From: Catajapyx aquilonaris
Lineage: Eukaryota
Direction: 5' to 3'
Length of the DNA stretch: 43,564 bases
Assembly: GCA_000934665.2 (NCBI GenBank)
Contig: KZ538869.1
Span: 1-43,564, forward strand
Shown here: piece by piece, positions 21,701 to 33,700 of the stretch
Layout of the letters: every line of letters begins with the position of its first letter
Numbering within the stretch: the first letter of the stretch is position 1
Made by a program: the position numbers and the translations under genes
The notes under the pieces: generated by a model
The model's input: only the letters and a program-made list of their open reading frames with translations
Told to the model about the DNA's origin: nothing
Databases searched by the model: none

Positions 21701-24700
21701 AAAATTTTTTTACCCCATTTCAGGGACCGAGCCCTTTCAGGGGGGTGGGCTACCACCATCTGGGTGAAACTTGTATACTGTGGACAGTATTGAGTGTGTT
21801 TCACGGGTAAGTAGGAGGGGATGTGCAAAGTGCATGTGCAATGTCTCATACGGTCATTTTGTGAACTCCCCCGGGTGGCTTAGTCTATCGGAAATTGCCA
21901 CCCGAAACGAAACCAGAGTGGCCCAACTCTGCACGAAAGAAGGTGGGAACCCCGGGTGGGGATTGAACCCGGGACCTTAACTCCGTCTCCCTTCTTAAAT
22001 CCTATTTCACTGCATGTAATTGTCAAAGCTGCATTGAGCTTGTTGCATACTAAGGTCCCACCTCTTCAGGTACTAATAACTTTTCATAAAAAGAAATAGT
22101 CTGGGAGGAAAAAATTACTACATTCTATTTGTCACTGTCTGTTACTGTCACGTATGTTACCTACCATAGAATAACATATGTGACGGGCTTGGTAACAAAT
22201 GTGAATGATGACACCTATTATGCTATAAGGCAGAACAGCCTAACATCTGTTTGATTTCATCATAGCAGCCGCATATTCGTAAGCACCCATGACTTGCCTA
22301 TTATTGTCACCAACAATAAGCAACAGCTATGGTTGTGATGGATGTTATGGTGCTTAATAATAGCATTAGAGTGGTATGAGGTACTGTTAATTAAAGTATA
22401 GTAAGTGAAAGCCTCCCAGATGCCTTACATATTTAAAAATATTACACCTATGTGCATGAGCTTCATAACTCTGAGTCGTAAGTGAAACCTTGTGAAATTT
22501 TAATAATTCTCGTTACCAGCCATTCCTATCCACAACAATTGATCCGAATTTCATGTTTCCTGTAAATAAAAAATAATACTCTCACGAGAGTGGTGCTCTC
22601 CGCTGTATGGGTTGTAATACTTCAAGATTACGTACACAGTGGTTTAAAAAAACATCCACACGATGGTAACAGAAGTGACAAAGGAAGCCACTATCCACTG
22701 TTAAATATGTAATATCAGTTAAACTTCTCCGACCATATCATGTCCAACATGGGATTAAAATACTACAGATGATTCCAAATCATGTGGTATAAGTAAAAAC
22801 TATGACGTTTAGGTTTCATATTTCACAAACAAATATCTGGATTTGCGCAAGAAAAATGAAAATGACCCATACAGGCGATCAATGCATTGTAATTCATGTT
22901 ACGACTTGGAAAATGTTTCTGTGCTCACATGTTTCAAGTCGGACCACGAATTACAGTGTGATTGAACCATACCTTAACGTGGCATCTCGTTCCGGTGTAT
23001 CCACGTCCACAAAGGCACCTGTAATTCCCAATATGGTCAGTGCAGGTTCCTCCATTGATGCAGGGCGAGCTGCTGCACTCATTGTACTCCTTCTCGCAGT
23101 GTTGTCCGCCGAAACCTGCAGCACGTAACACAGCACATAAGTAGGGACTGGAGCGATCCGGCTAGGAAATTGATTACGTATTCATCATCGCTGCTTCTGC
23201 GCCGCGATGCGCATAAATATGTTGATCCATTGTCAAAGGAAGTTAATTCAGTGCACTGATGCATCAAATTCCTGCTGTGTACCAGTGCACCGAGTCAACT
23301 AATCGACGTCTCGGGATCCTATTAGCCTTGAAACACTATTAGCCCCCCCTCTAGGAAACTCCCGGAGTATGGTTTCTGCCGTGTAATCGACGTGACTGCT
23401 AAGTACATTACGTTGAAGCTAGAATTAATTAGTCCTGGAAAGACTGGTCAATAATGAGCTCCCACTTTGTCTGGTGGACAGGAGCGCTCGGCGTCACATT
23501 GGGTATTGCATGAATAACTTCAAACGCAAGCCTCCCACGAATATAACTCATTTTGGCGGTGCGTTGCAGCAAGCACGGTCCGTGTAGGGGTCTGCTGCAA
23601 ATAATGGCTGGTATTATGGCCGCCATTTTTTTTTCTCCTCCCTGGTACCGGATTCAAAGCCATTTATTTCGGAAGGCAAAAGTCGTACAGGATTGATTTA
23701 CATAATATGCATGTGAATAGGGAGCTGGCTTTCAGCGAAGATTTAAATGCACGATGTCGGTCAGGCATGAAAGGCTAATGCACGTCAGGCCTTGCCTTCT
23801 GAATAACGTTCGAGGCTAGTTGCTTTCAATGCACTCGAAAATTGTGCCTATGTACTACTGCAGTTAGGCTTTCAGTACAAATAATACAAATGTCAATTAA
23901 TGCTTCTTTTTTTTAAAAAAATCGGCCAATGCGTCAAAATTTGTTCTGAATTCGGGTCAAATTGTGTTGCCGTACATATATAACTGATGCGTCATAATTG
24001 CTAGTAATGGCTATTGTGGTATTCATAAGGGCGCAATCTGCAGTGCAGTCGGTTTGGCGTTAATTATATTGGCGCCGATTCGTTACCGAAAGAAATTTGC
24101 GCTACACTATAGAGTCATATTATCCTGATTAATTGAGGATAACAATTAATTAACAGTTATTGAATATTCGGCGTCATTTTTACTGGCCGATTAATTAATA
24201 TGCGGAATAGTCAATTGGACAATGGGGGAATTATTGATGTGAAACGCTTAAATAAACAATCAGGTGGCAAAGGTACAAAGTGTGGGTAGAGAATGGAATT
24301 TTTCCGCATGACTTGTCGAATAAATTCAACACCCCCCCCCNCCCCCCCCAAGCGCAGCATCCCTCTTTCCAACTATTCCTTTGTTCCTCAACTCCGACCT
24401 TTTCAGTCATGTACAGCATCTAAACCCACGCTATATCTGCCAAGCAATAGTGTCACGGCTATGCTCTACCTAGCAGTCCTCGGTTACCTACCGCAGACGA
24501 AATCTCGATATTCGTGAGACCAATCCCTTAACCTTCAGCTGGCACTTATGCTTCCAAGCGTGCGGCAACGGTTGGGATTTGTTGGCTACTCGAGACTCAC
24601 AAGGAGGCGCTGGCTACAGTGCTAATAATCATGCTTTGAAGTTAGGCCCTGTCAGGTACAACCCGTTTCAATGATGGACACTTCGATTGATAAGTTGGGA

Positions 24701-27700
24701 TCTAAGAACCGTGCCAAACTTNNNNNNNNNNNNNNNNNCCCCCCCCCCTATTAATGTCTGAAAATACTGCGAGAACTTACCTGGCTGACAGAAGCACTGG
24801 AAGCCATCCTCTTGGTCTACGCAGATGCCATGGACACAAGGAGAGGAAGCGCACTCGTCCACATTTTGCTCGCACAAAGGACCAGTATACCCCGATGCAC
24901 AAGTGCACCGGAAGTGGGTGCTGTTGTCGCTGCAGGTGGCACCATTGTGACACGGCGAAGAATCGCAGGGATTGGTAGCATGCTCGCAGGTCTTCCCAGT
25001 GTAGCCTGCGAACATGGGGAAAGAGGGGTATATAATACTCGTTTTTTTGTTTTTTTTTAACCCCCCAGCTTTTACGCCCCTATAAACATCGTTTATTTGG
25101 AAGCGAGTCTGATGCTCTATTTTGACTTGTGGGAAACGTGTTAGCGTACGTACATTATTGTGCCGAGTACTTGGAACCATAAAAAGAGCTGAGCCTGGCT
25201 CGTTATTTCCGACGTTGCATCACGTGGGCCAAGAGAGACTTGGTGGAGGAGCGTCCTCACTTGCGGCCCCGATAAGAGAGGAACGGGCTTTTGAAAGTGG
25301 CAGCCGTCCTCGAAAAGGACGGGCCCTTTCGGTCCTGGAGGAGCTGGTTTTGTGCTCAACTTGAGATATGCAAACGTTCATCTCTTCTTGTCCGACGACG
25401 GACGCCTTTGATGTGGGGAGGGTGAGACTGCGCCTTAGAGGAAGGGAGGGCTTGGGAGAGGGACGCTGATGACTTTATGATGTAGAAATAGCGGGGATAG
25501 ATTCCTTTTGCAGCAGTTTTCCAGGATGCACTAAAGCCTTAACACCCTGGTAGGCTACATCCTATCGCCTTGAGAGGCTTTAAGGGAAGCGGAAAAAACG
25601 ACTTCAAACGTATCTTCAGAAGCGGCATTTTCTGCTGCGCTATGCTGGCAGAATTCGAAATGGCATAATTCCAAGCTGTGCCAGCAGGTCTTCAGGTGAA
25701 AACTGGCTCGAGGTATAATCAAGGATCAAGTCCGGATTAGAGTAAACAGTAACACGCCTCTTGGCTCTTGTAGACCGATATAGGAATGCATTTAGTTAAT
25801 GCCACCATGTCATTACAAATTCACTTTAAAAGTGCTTAGGGCTGTTGTACAGTATTAGCTCAAAATATTTTAAGTGGTATTTGCGCCTGCAGGTTATACC
25901 ACTTAGTAGGCCTACGACATGTTTTCTTGAAGTTTATCCTTGCTGTATATGCAACAGCACTCTTGTCGTACGGAATGTCTAACTTGCTGGCGCAAACTAT
26001 ACGCTCCTATGATTTCACTGCACATGCAATGTACAGTGCTATAATTCCCCGTGAGCCAAGTCGCTCACCTTAGGCTATAGTCTCGAACCATGCGCCAAGT
26101 CTACGAGTTGTAAGTCTATAGTCTCCAATCGTGAGCCAAGTAACTTGACTTAATCTATAGTCTCACAAAGAGGCTTGGTGTCCACCCATGATATCGAGGC
26201 AACTACCAGCGACATTTTTCCGAAGCGGCAGAAGAAGGAATCTTGCTCGCCCGGCTTGTAAGTATCCTTATCTTCGATTCCTTCTTCTGCCGCTTCGGAA
26301 AAATGTCGCTGGCGGTTGCCTCGATAATTATATGGCCAGCACTTTACAGTTAGAACACCCTGGCCTGAAATTCATATGAATAGACAGTTTTAAAAATATG
26401 CCTGACTACCAAACCCCATTATTACTTACTGCAAATCCTGCCATTATACACCAGCCCGATTCTTATAATGATCTCTGGTTACGGAATAGGCGTAAAATCG
26501 ATCAGCTCTTAGCATAGTTCCGAATCATTTGGCCGTTGCTGTACTCCAAGGCTTGTGTCAGGCTTCTACCTCCCTTTCTTCATTCAGCCATGCGTTTCAT
26601 TAGACGCCATGCATGGCTTCCCTCCCAAGGTTTCTGAGGTACCTAATTAACGCCGTACAAAAGAATGTGATTAGTTGTGGCATAACTTTGGAGGGAAAAT
26701 TAGCCAGCGTTATTTTGAGGACCACGATTGGCGCACTCGAGCGAGGAAACTGGTGAAAGTGCGTAAATCAGGTGTGACAAGCATTGTTCGATAGCCCACC
26801 CACCCCAGTATGGATATGTTATTGAATTATTTAGAGTGGAAGAGAGGGGGTAGAACCCTTGTCGCATAAAAAAATTACGTCGAGAAAGCTTTCGACTCGG
26901 ATGAAAGCGGGAGGGATTTAGTAGGGGGAAAATCCGGCCCGGTGTCGATTGCTACTTTGCATAATGCACAACTTGCACTTGCTAACTGTTATTGCATTCG
27001 CACACTAACGCACTGTGTTTTCCAGGAACCTCGATTTCCATGCTGGAAATGGAATTCCGCAGCCTCTAAGGCTGAAACGCGTCACGGAACGAGAAGGAAA
27101 TTGCCCTGTAATCTTCTTTGGGGGCTAAAGAAAAAGAAATCAAATTGCTCCGCATCTTTTCAGCCAGGAGGAAGAAAAGGAAAAAAAAAAAAAAAATAGG
27201 CCCGCTATTTTTCTGTGGAAATTTATGCAGAGCTGGGAATGCCGGGGGAGGAGGATAATTTGGTCAAATCTGATTTTGTTTTCGACATTAAAAAGCGCGT
27301 CGGTTTGCGGCGCGTGTATACAGTATACTGTGGTTTTATACGGTATGTATGAAATATTTCGCCTGAATGAAATTTTTCGATTTTTCCTCATTTTGGTGAA
27401 GTGCTTTTGCATATCGTGGGAATGCTGCTGGGCCAAATTTTGGCGGTTTTCATTTATTTACGCCATACTGAAGAAGTAACATTTGTTTTTATCTATCGTC
27501 TGAAGTCCATTTAGTCCTAACGATTCATAATGAGCCTGAAGGCCAGAATTTTCTATCTTAACTAGCATGTATGCAAGTTAGTTCCTTTGGAATATCTTGA
27601 AACTGGATTGTTGGATTTAGTGGATTTCTCTTGTATGTCCACAATACAATTATACGGGGTGTTCCAAGTTCGCGGGTAGTTTTTAGTTATCACTAATATC

Positions 27701-30700
27701 GCCCGAAGTATTTATTTTTGTGTCGCTTGTTGCGCCCCTAACCAGGTGCCCTATTCTATAACAACTGCTATATTAGACCACCTGGGAATAATGGGGTTTC
27801 TGGAGAAATAATAGCGGTTATTTTTTGTACTCTGAGCTTATTTTTTAGTTACAACTAAAAATGGCCTACGAACCTGGAACACCCTATGTAGTAGACTATT
27901 ATCTGTTTTGTTGTAAACGGGTAATTATGTACTTTTAGCAAGGCTCTGTAACCATAGCTTATGAAAGTTGCAATTAAGGGTCCGCTATTTTTCTGAGAAA
28001 CGACGCCAGCACGTTGCATATTGCACACGCTGTACTTTTTGCTTCTTTAAATTCTTAATGAGTCTGGGACAGTTCCGGTTGAATAAGGGAGGAAAATTCA
28101 AGCTGCTTTTCTAAAGGCCAGAGCAGCACATGCATACCGGTAGCAGGCCCCGTTTTACACTCCCCCCCACCCCCATCCCTTACCAAAATTCTAATTCAGA
28201 GGTGGTACATACAAGCAAAACCTGAGTAGCCCTTGAATATTTCATATCAGTTCACAAATTAATGATAACGCTCTTTTCTGCTAACGGCATATTTGGAACC
28301 GGCTGTGGGGAGGAGGCATAACTTCGCGAAAAATAGCGAGAGTTTTGTGTGTGCACATCCTGCCTACCAAACATGAACAGCAGGTAACGACAATGTTTAA
28401 TCACGACTAATTGAAAGAGTCAATAATGCAAGAGGATTAGGATTCAGACCACGTTCCTCCTCCTTGGCGTCAGGACAGTTTGCTTCCAACCTCCTTTTTT
28501 TTTTCCTCTTCCCCTGATCCTAGCTGTTGGAAATTCTCAGCAGGTTTTGCGAGTCCTGGCGAAAGAACACCATGGGTTCTACGAGGTGTGAAAAGTGATT
28601 TTTACTCCCTCATCTTGATTGGTTCTTTCCTAAGCGCGTTCTTTTTTGACGCGCTCTCCCCCCCATTTGTGTTCCCTTCACACACATAACGCTCCAAATG
28701 TATATAAGTTGCTTTCACACAGAAGAATTTTTGCACTCAGAAGAAAAATTCTGAGCTTGGAGGTTTTCAAAGTAGGTTAATGCGATACTTTTGTTCCTTT
28801 TGTCATATTTTCAGGTAAAAGGCACATGTGGTGTTGGAAATGGCGTTTTTTTGACACCTGGCAAATAGGGTTGCCATATACTGGATAAGATATGTCAATT
28901 AAAGTCATTGCAACCGCGCTAAATACTGGCTGGCGTAATTGAATTTTGCACCAATCAAAGGGCAGTTGGGGGGCTTCATCAAAGGATCAGCGGTGGCCGG
29001 TGTTGGGTTTCGGCTCAACTAATTTGTGGTTAAATATTCATTGCAAGTGAAAAATTGCTTTGTAAATTTGAAATACGCATACTGGCCTCGAACAACATGA
29101 CCCGGTTTTGCATCATGCAAATAGGTATTCTTCGGTTTTTCGAACATATGTTTTACATGGGGAACGTATAGCAACATAATGCAAGTTTCCAGTTTCTGTT
29201 GTATATGGCGTAAATTCCCTATGCTCCCTCCTAAATGTGAAAATATGTTTAATTCACCTGCTAATTATGCTCCGTGACATGATGTTTCCATGGCTTTCAC
29301 TCTGGGTGTGTTTGTGTCAGGAGGAAAATGTGTGTGCCTCTGGCTCAGGTTTGTTTGCTGATTTAGTGGTGTAAATTAATTATTAAGAGAGTGTGATCAA
29401 ATGAGTTGTGTTTCTCTTTACTGCATGTTAATGAAACCTATTCAGCTATGCGTCGCATTTTGACTTATGCAGGGTGTTTCACAGTGATTTAATTTGAGGG
29501 TGAACTCCTGTGCGAAATAGAGGATCAGTTTATGGAAAAGTGATCTCTGAATTTTAAAATGAGCATTAATGAAATAGTGCAAAATAGCGATATTGCAGCA
29601 CTTCCGTAGATTCAGTGACTGCTGCATTTTGCATGTGACGACATGGCCGTTTAAATTTAAATTTGCGGTAACATCTATATTTTAAATAAAAAAGACAAGG
29701 TCAAGAGCGGACGGACTCGCACATGTCAGCATATTTAATTGTGTTCGAACGACATTATTTTTGCATTGAGGCTGCTCAGACAAAATGACACCGCATAAAA
29801 TAATCCTCTATATACGACAGAACAACTACAGTACAAGCTTTTCAAGATTACTATTGAAACATCTTTTTTTTAAACTGTTAAATCGCATCACCTGTTTCAT
29901 CGCAACTTCCCCTTTTACAGGGAAATGTGAGAGTCATAATGACTAATGACCTTACAAAGATAAATCCGGTAGGAAAGGAAATTGTCTGACATAATTCCTT
30001 TGAAATGTAATTATTGCAAGTGTCGAAAAGAAGTGCTCTCCCAAAATTGCTAGGACATTGGAAGATCCTATAGCGGAAAAGGGTAGGCGCAACTGAAAAT
30101 TGGGCGTTTCCAGGCGCTTGTGTCCTCTGATATCGATCTGATCTTTGTCATGAAGCAGCCGACTCTATTCTGCATTTAGAGCACACTTTACACACTCTGC
30201 ACCCTTTTCTTTTTTTTTTCTACCTTTGTCTGTTTTTCAATACATGGAAAATACATTCAGCTTATTACCATTTTGTACAGTCCTCCACTTATTTAGTTGA
30301 CCATACCCGGACATTTTCTAGCCAGCAAAATCGATTAGAGTCCTAACAGCTGGACTAGGGAACCCTGGGAATCCGCACAGGTCATGTCGGGAATGTGTAT
30401 AAACAATTCAATTAACAAGAGGTGAAAACCCCATGTGGTTACCGTTTATGGTGCAGAGTGCAGCAGGCCAGCCGAATTGTCCGCCGGCCACATCTCCCTG
30501 GATGTTTTTCATTCCGGGCACAGGAAATGGAAAGTAGCGCCGAAATGGTAGAGCGGCAGAAGACGAGTGTGGCGACATCCCCTTCATTAGGCCGCATTGT
30601 ATCCCTGGTTAGGATGCAAAAGGCAGCCTTTGGGGCACTTCCCACCACCCGGCCCCCAATTTGTCTCGCACTACCCAAGTTTCTGGGAGCTCCCCCCCCC

Positions 30701-33700
30701 CCTCTATCCCACCCACCTACCACACCCCCATTTGAAACCAACCTACAAAGTTTGCTTTGGCCTCAGACCCAATAGGCTAATCAAGCGCCAGTGTTCCTCC
30801 GCAGCCCTTTTCCTTTGGCCACAAACCCCACACTCCTTTCATGCCCCCGCTATTGGAGGATTTATTATAAGCCATCTCCAGAAAGTCCGGACTTGGACTC
30901 TGCGGCTCTACGTCGGGTCTATTCAGCAAGACGGGCTTTTGTCCCATCCCGTCAATTTACAGCGGCTCGCCACTCTTGCCTCCGACCGAGCTGCAATAAT
31001 GGGCTCAAAATGGAGGTGTATAGAGTTTTTTTTTTTTTTTTTAAAAAAAAGAGGGGGTGAAAACGGATGGTGTCGAGGGTAATAACAGGACAAGTTATTA
31101 AGTTAGTGCAGAGCTTTTTAACAAGGTGGCATAATAGGAGCTTTTTAGGTTCTAAGCATGTGCTGAAAATGTGATTATCGACCAATATCATTGTCATTTT
31201 TGCTGTACTGTCAGTTCAGGAAACTTCAACTACAACTACGCAACAACTGATACTAACTAACTAACTAACTAACTAACATAATTATACAGGTACCCAAGTG
31301 GCGAAATTACATGTTACACAAAAAATATCGTAAAAATAATGCAGTTTATGGAGAGGTAGGGTGTGAGGAAATTTTTAATTATTTACTAATCGACTGGCTT
31401 TTTTGGAGCGTTAGATCGATTTTGCAGTCTACTGTATAATAACTCAAGTTTTACGTCAGTGCCGACTTTTGACGTGCAGAAAGTTTGGTACGTTTCAATT
31501 CCGCAGAATTTTAGCTCTGCGGGGCTCTGCAGTTTGTCCCTGATGTGTTGTTTAACAACTGTCCGTTCAGCAGTGCAGGCAAATCGACGGGGAAAAAAAT
31601 TGCTGGCAGCAGGGCCCTAGTTTTGCAGAGAACATGCGGAAAATCAGACAAACAAATCTGGGCAAAGTAATGAGATCAGGCGAAATTTGGTGGAAATGTT
31701 TTCTCGTGTATCTTTTGCAAAATCACTGGACGAATCAATTTCCTGCTGCCTGCTCCTGAATAGTATATATACGCATAAAGGAACGTCTCTCACGCAATGA
31801 AAGCCTTGAGCGTTATCTTCCTCCCTTTGCCTTATTGTCTACACACAAAAGCCGGTGGTTGATGTCGGACTGAGGAGGGTTGCACCAAAGTTGTAATCAG
31901 CCTTGAGTGCTATGGGTTTGCACCGCAATGATTACCTAATAATGTTTCATTAACAAACCTTATAGTTCAAAGGGAAAAAAATACAGATCAAAGATGTTTC
32001 CAGTTAGGTTTTGTCTGACTTCTAGGGATTCTTGGATTGTTTAAACTGATGAGAAAAGACTGACCCAGAGGAGCCTGCTGGAAAAGGTTCGGTAATTACA
32101 CAACCTAGCCGAATTCCAAACCCAGCAAAGAGTACCGGTTTTATTTTGTTCCTAGATGACGAGCGATACAAAAGTGCACAGAAGAGCCTAAAATTTAATT
32201 CCTATCGTTTTCTAACTGCCGATAACAATAGACGTCCGTAGCAAGCTAAACATGGAATGGGACTAATAAATGGGTCCATAATCGGCGCAGTAATTGCTCG
32301 GTGAGATTCCTGTAGCAAGTTTGAGAGTCCTGGATAGAGCTAATTAAACTCGTTTCCTGAATAAGTTTGGCTGAGAAATGTCGTCGAGTTGTGCTGTTCG
32401 CAAAGGGACAAATGGCGAAGCAAAGGAAGTGGCGGAACGGCGCTGGGACATGGCCGCAGTTAACCGGGATTTACAGCTCTCTTATTTCCTTTCGCTTAAA
32501 ATTCACTCTCTTTGATACTTTGCCTCCAAGCACTAGTTTGTTTGCATTCTCTTTCCGGCACTCATTTACATTGGGGACGACAGAAATAACTCACGCACTC
32601 GTGAAACAACTGCACTTCACACTAGATGCACTGCCGTCAGCCAAATGTAGGCGCATTGCAACAGAAAGCACTGCGGACGCCATGTTTGTTCGCACATTTT
32701 GGGAATCTGATGATCAGTCTGTTGCATAATTTTTCGGACACACCTCTAGGGTGAACTCCTGGGCACCAGAGGGTCCCTTTATGTAAAGGATTCACATCAC
32801 ACGCAATGTAAAATATCTTCTGGCAGGCATGGGCACGATGTTTATCATGAAGGGTAGGCCACCCGCACCTCCTCGTGGTGCGGGTATCTTTAGGATAAAC
32901 TTGATTCAGGGTACCCTCATTGTGCTGGCGACTGTACTATCAGTCCAACAAGAATTGTCGCAGCGGCAGCGCACGAACTACAATCTACGAGCACAGGGAC
33001 ACGAGAGACTGTAGTTCGTGCGCTGCCGCTGCGACAATTCTTGTTGGACAGCAGGTACAATGCACTGGAATACTTCTACTGCCCAGAAGTTAACACCATA
33101 AAAGTTTGAATCATCATAAAACAGCCTCGTGAATCATAGCAAGTGAGGCAGTCTTTTTGTACCTGTTATTTGCTTCTGGCAAATATCTTGCAGGCAGGTG
33201 CACTTGGCTGTTGTATGCATCGCCACAGCTATGCCAGGAATGAGCAAACGTTGCGGCAAAAGCGGGGAAGTTTGCAAGAATGTTCGAGAGGATGTGCAGA
33301 ATGTTGTGGCTCGCGGCGAAGAAGTTGTGCTTGGCTTCGCCTGGGGCTTGGGGATGGGGGGAAACGAATGACAGAGCTTCACCATGAATAATTGCGTGTC
33401 TTTATAGGCAATTTTTCGTCCGGATATTAAAATGCTCCAAACGTCTTCCTAGGCGTGATACGCAATTTTTTTTTTCGTCTTCTTCTTCTCTCTCTCCTAT
33501 GCGATGAAAAGTTTGTGAGAGCAATATCCTGCTTGCTGTGTGGCCCATTCCTCAACATAAACACGGATGGAAATTGAAAACGGTCGTCAATTTTTTAAAC
33601 TCCCGTGATGAGTGCCCGGGCGTTATTTGAAAAGCCAAATTTTCTTGTGCCAAGATGGAACGTTATTCTTGCCACCTTCCTTTTTTTTCCTGGAAGGAAA

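Noticed and set aside
26050..26167. CRISPR-like repeat/spacer appearance
   Set aside because: Eukaryotic intron, only three degenerate units, variable parts ~13 nt, and no cas genes.
17786..27422. Su(H)/CSL sites YGTGGGAA at 17786, 25128 and 27415 (possible Notch feedback)
   Set aside because: A handful of such 8-mers is expected by chance in 43 kb; they are neither paired nor clustered.
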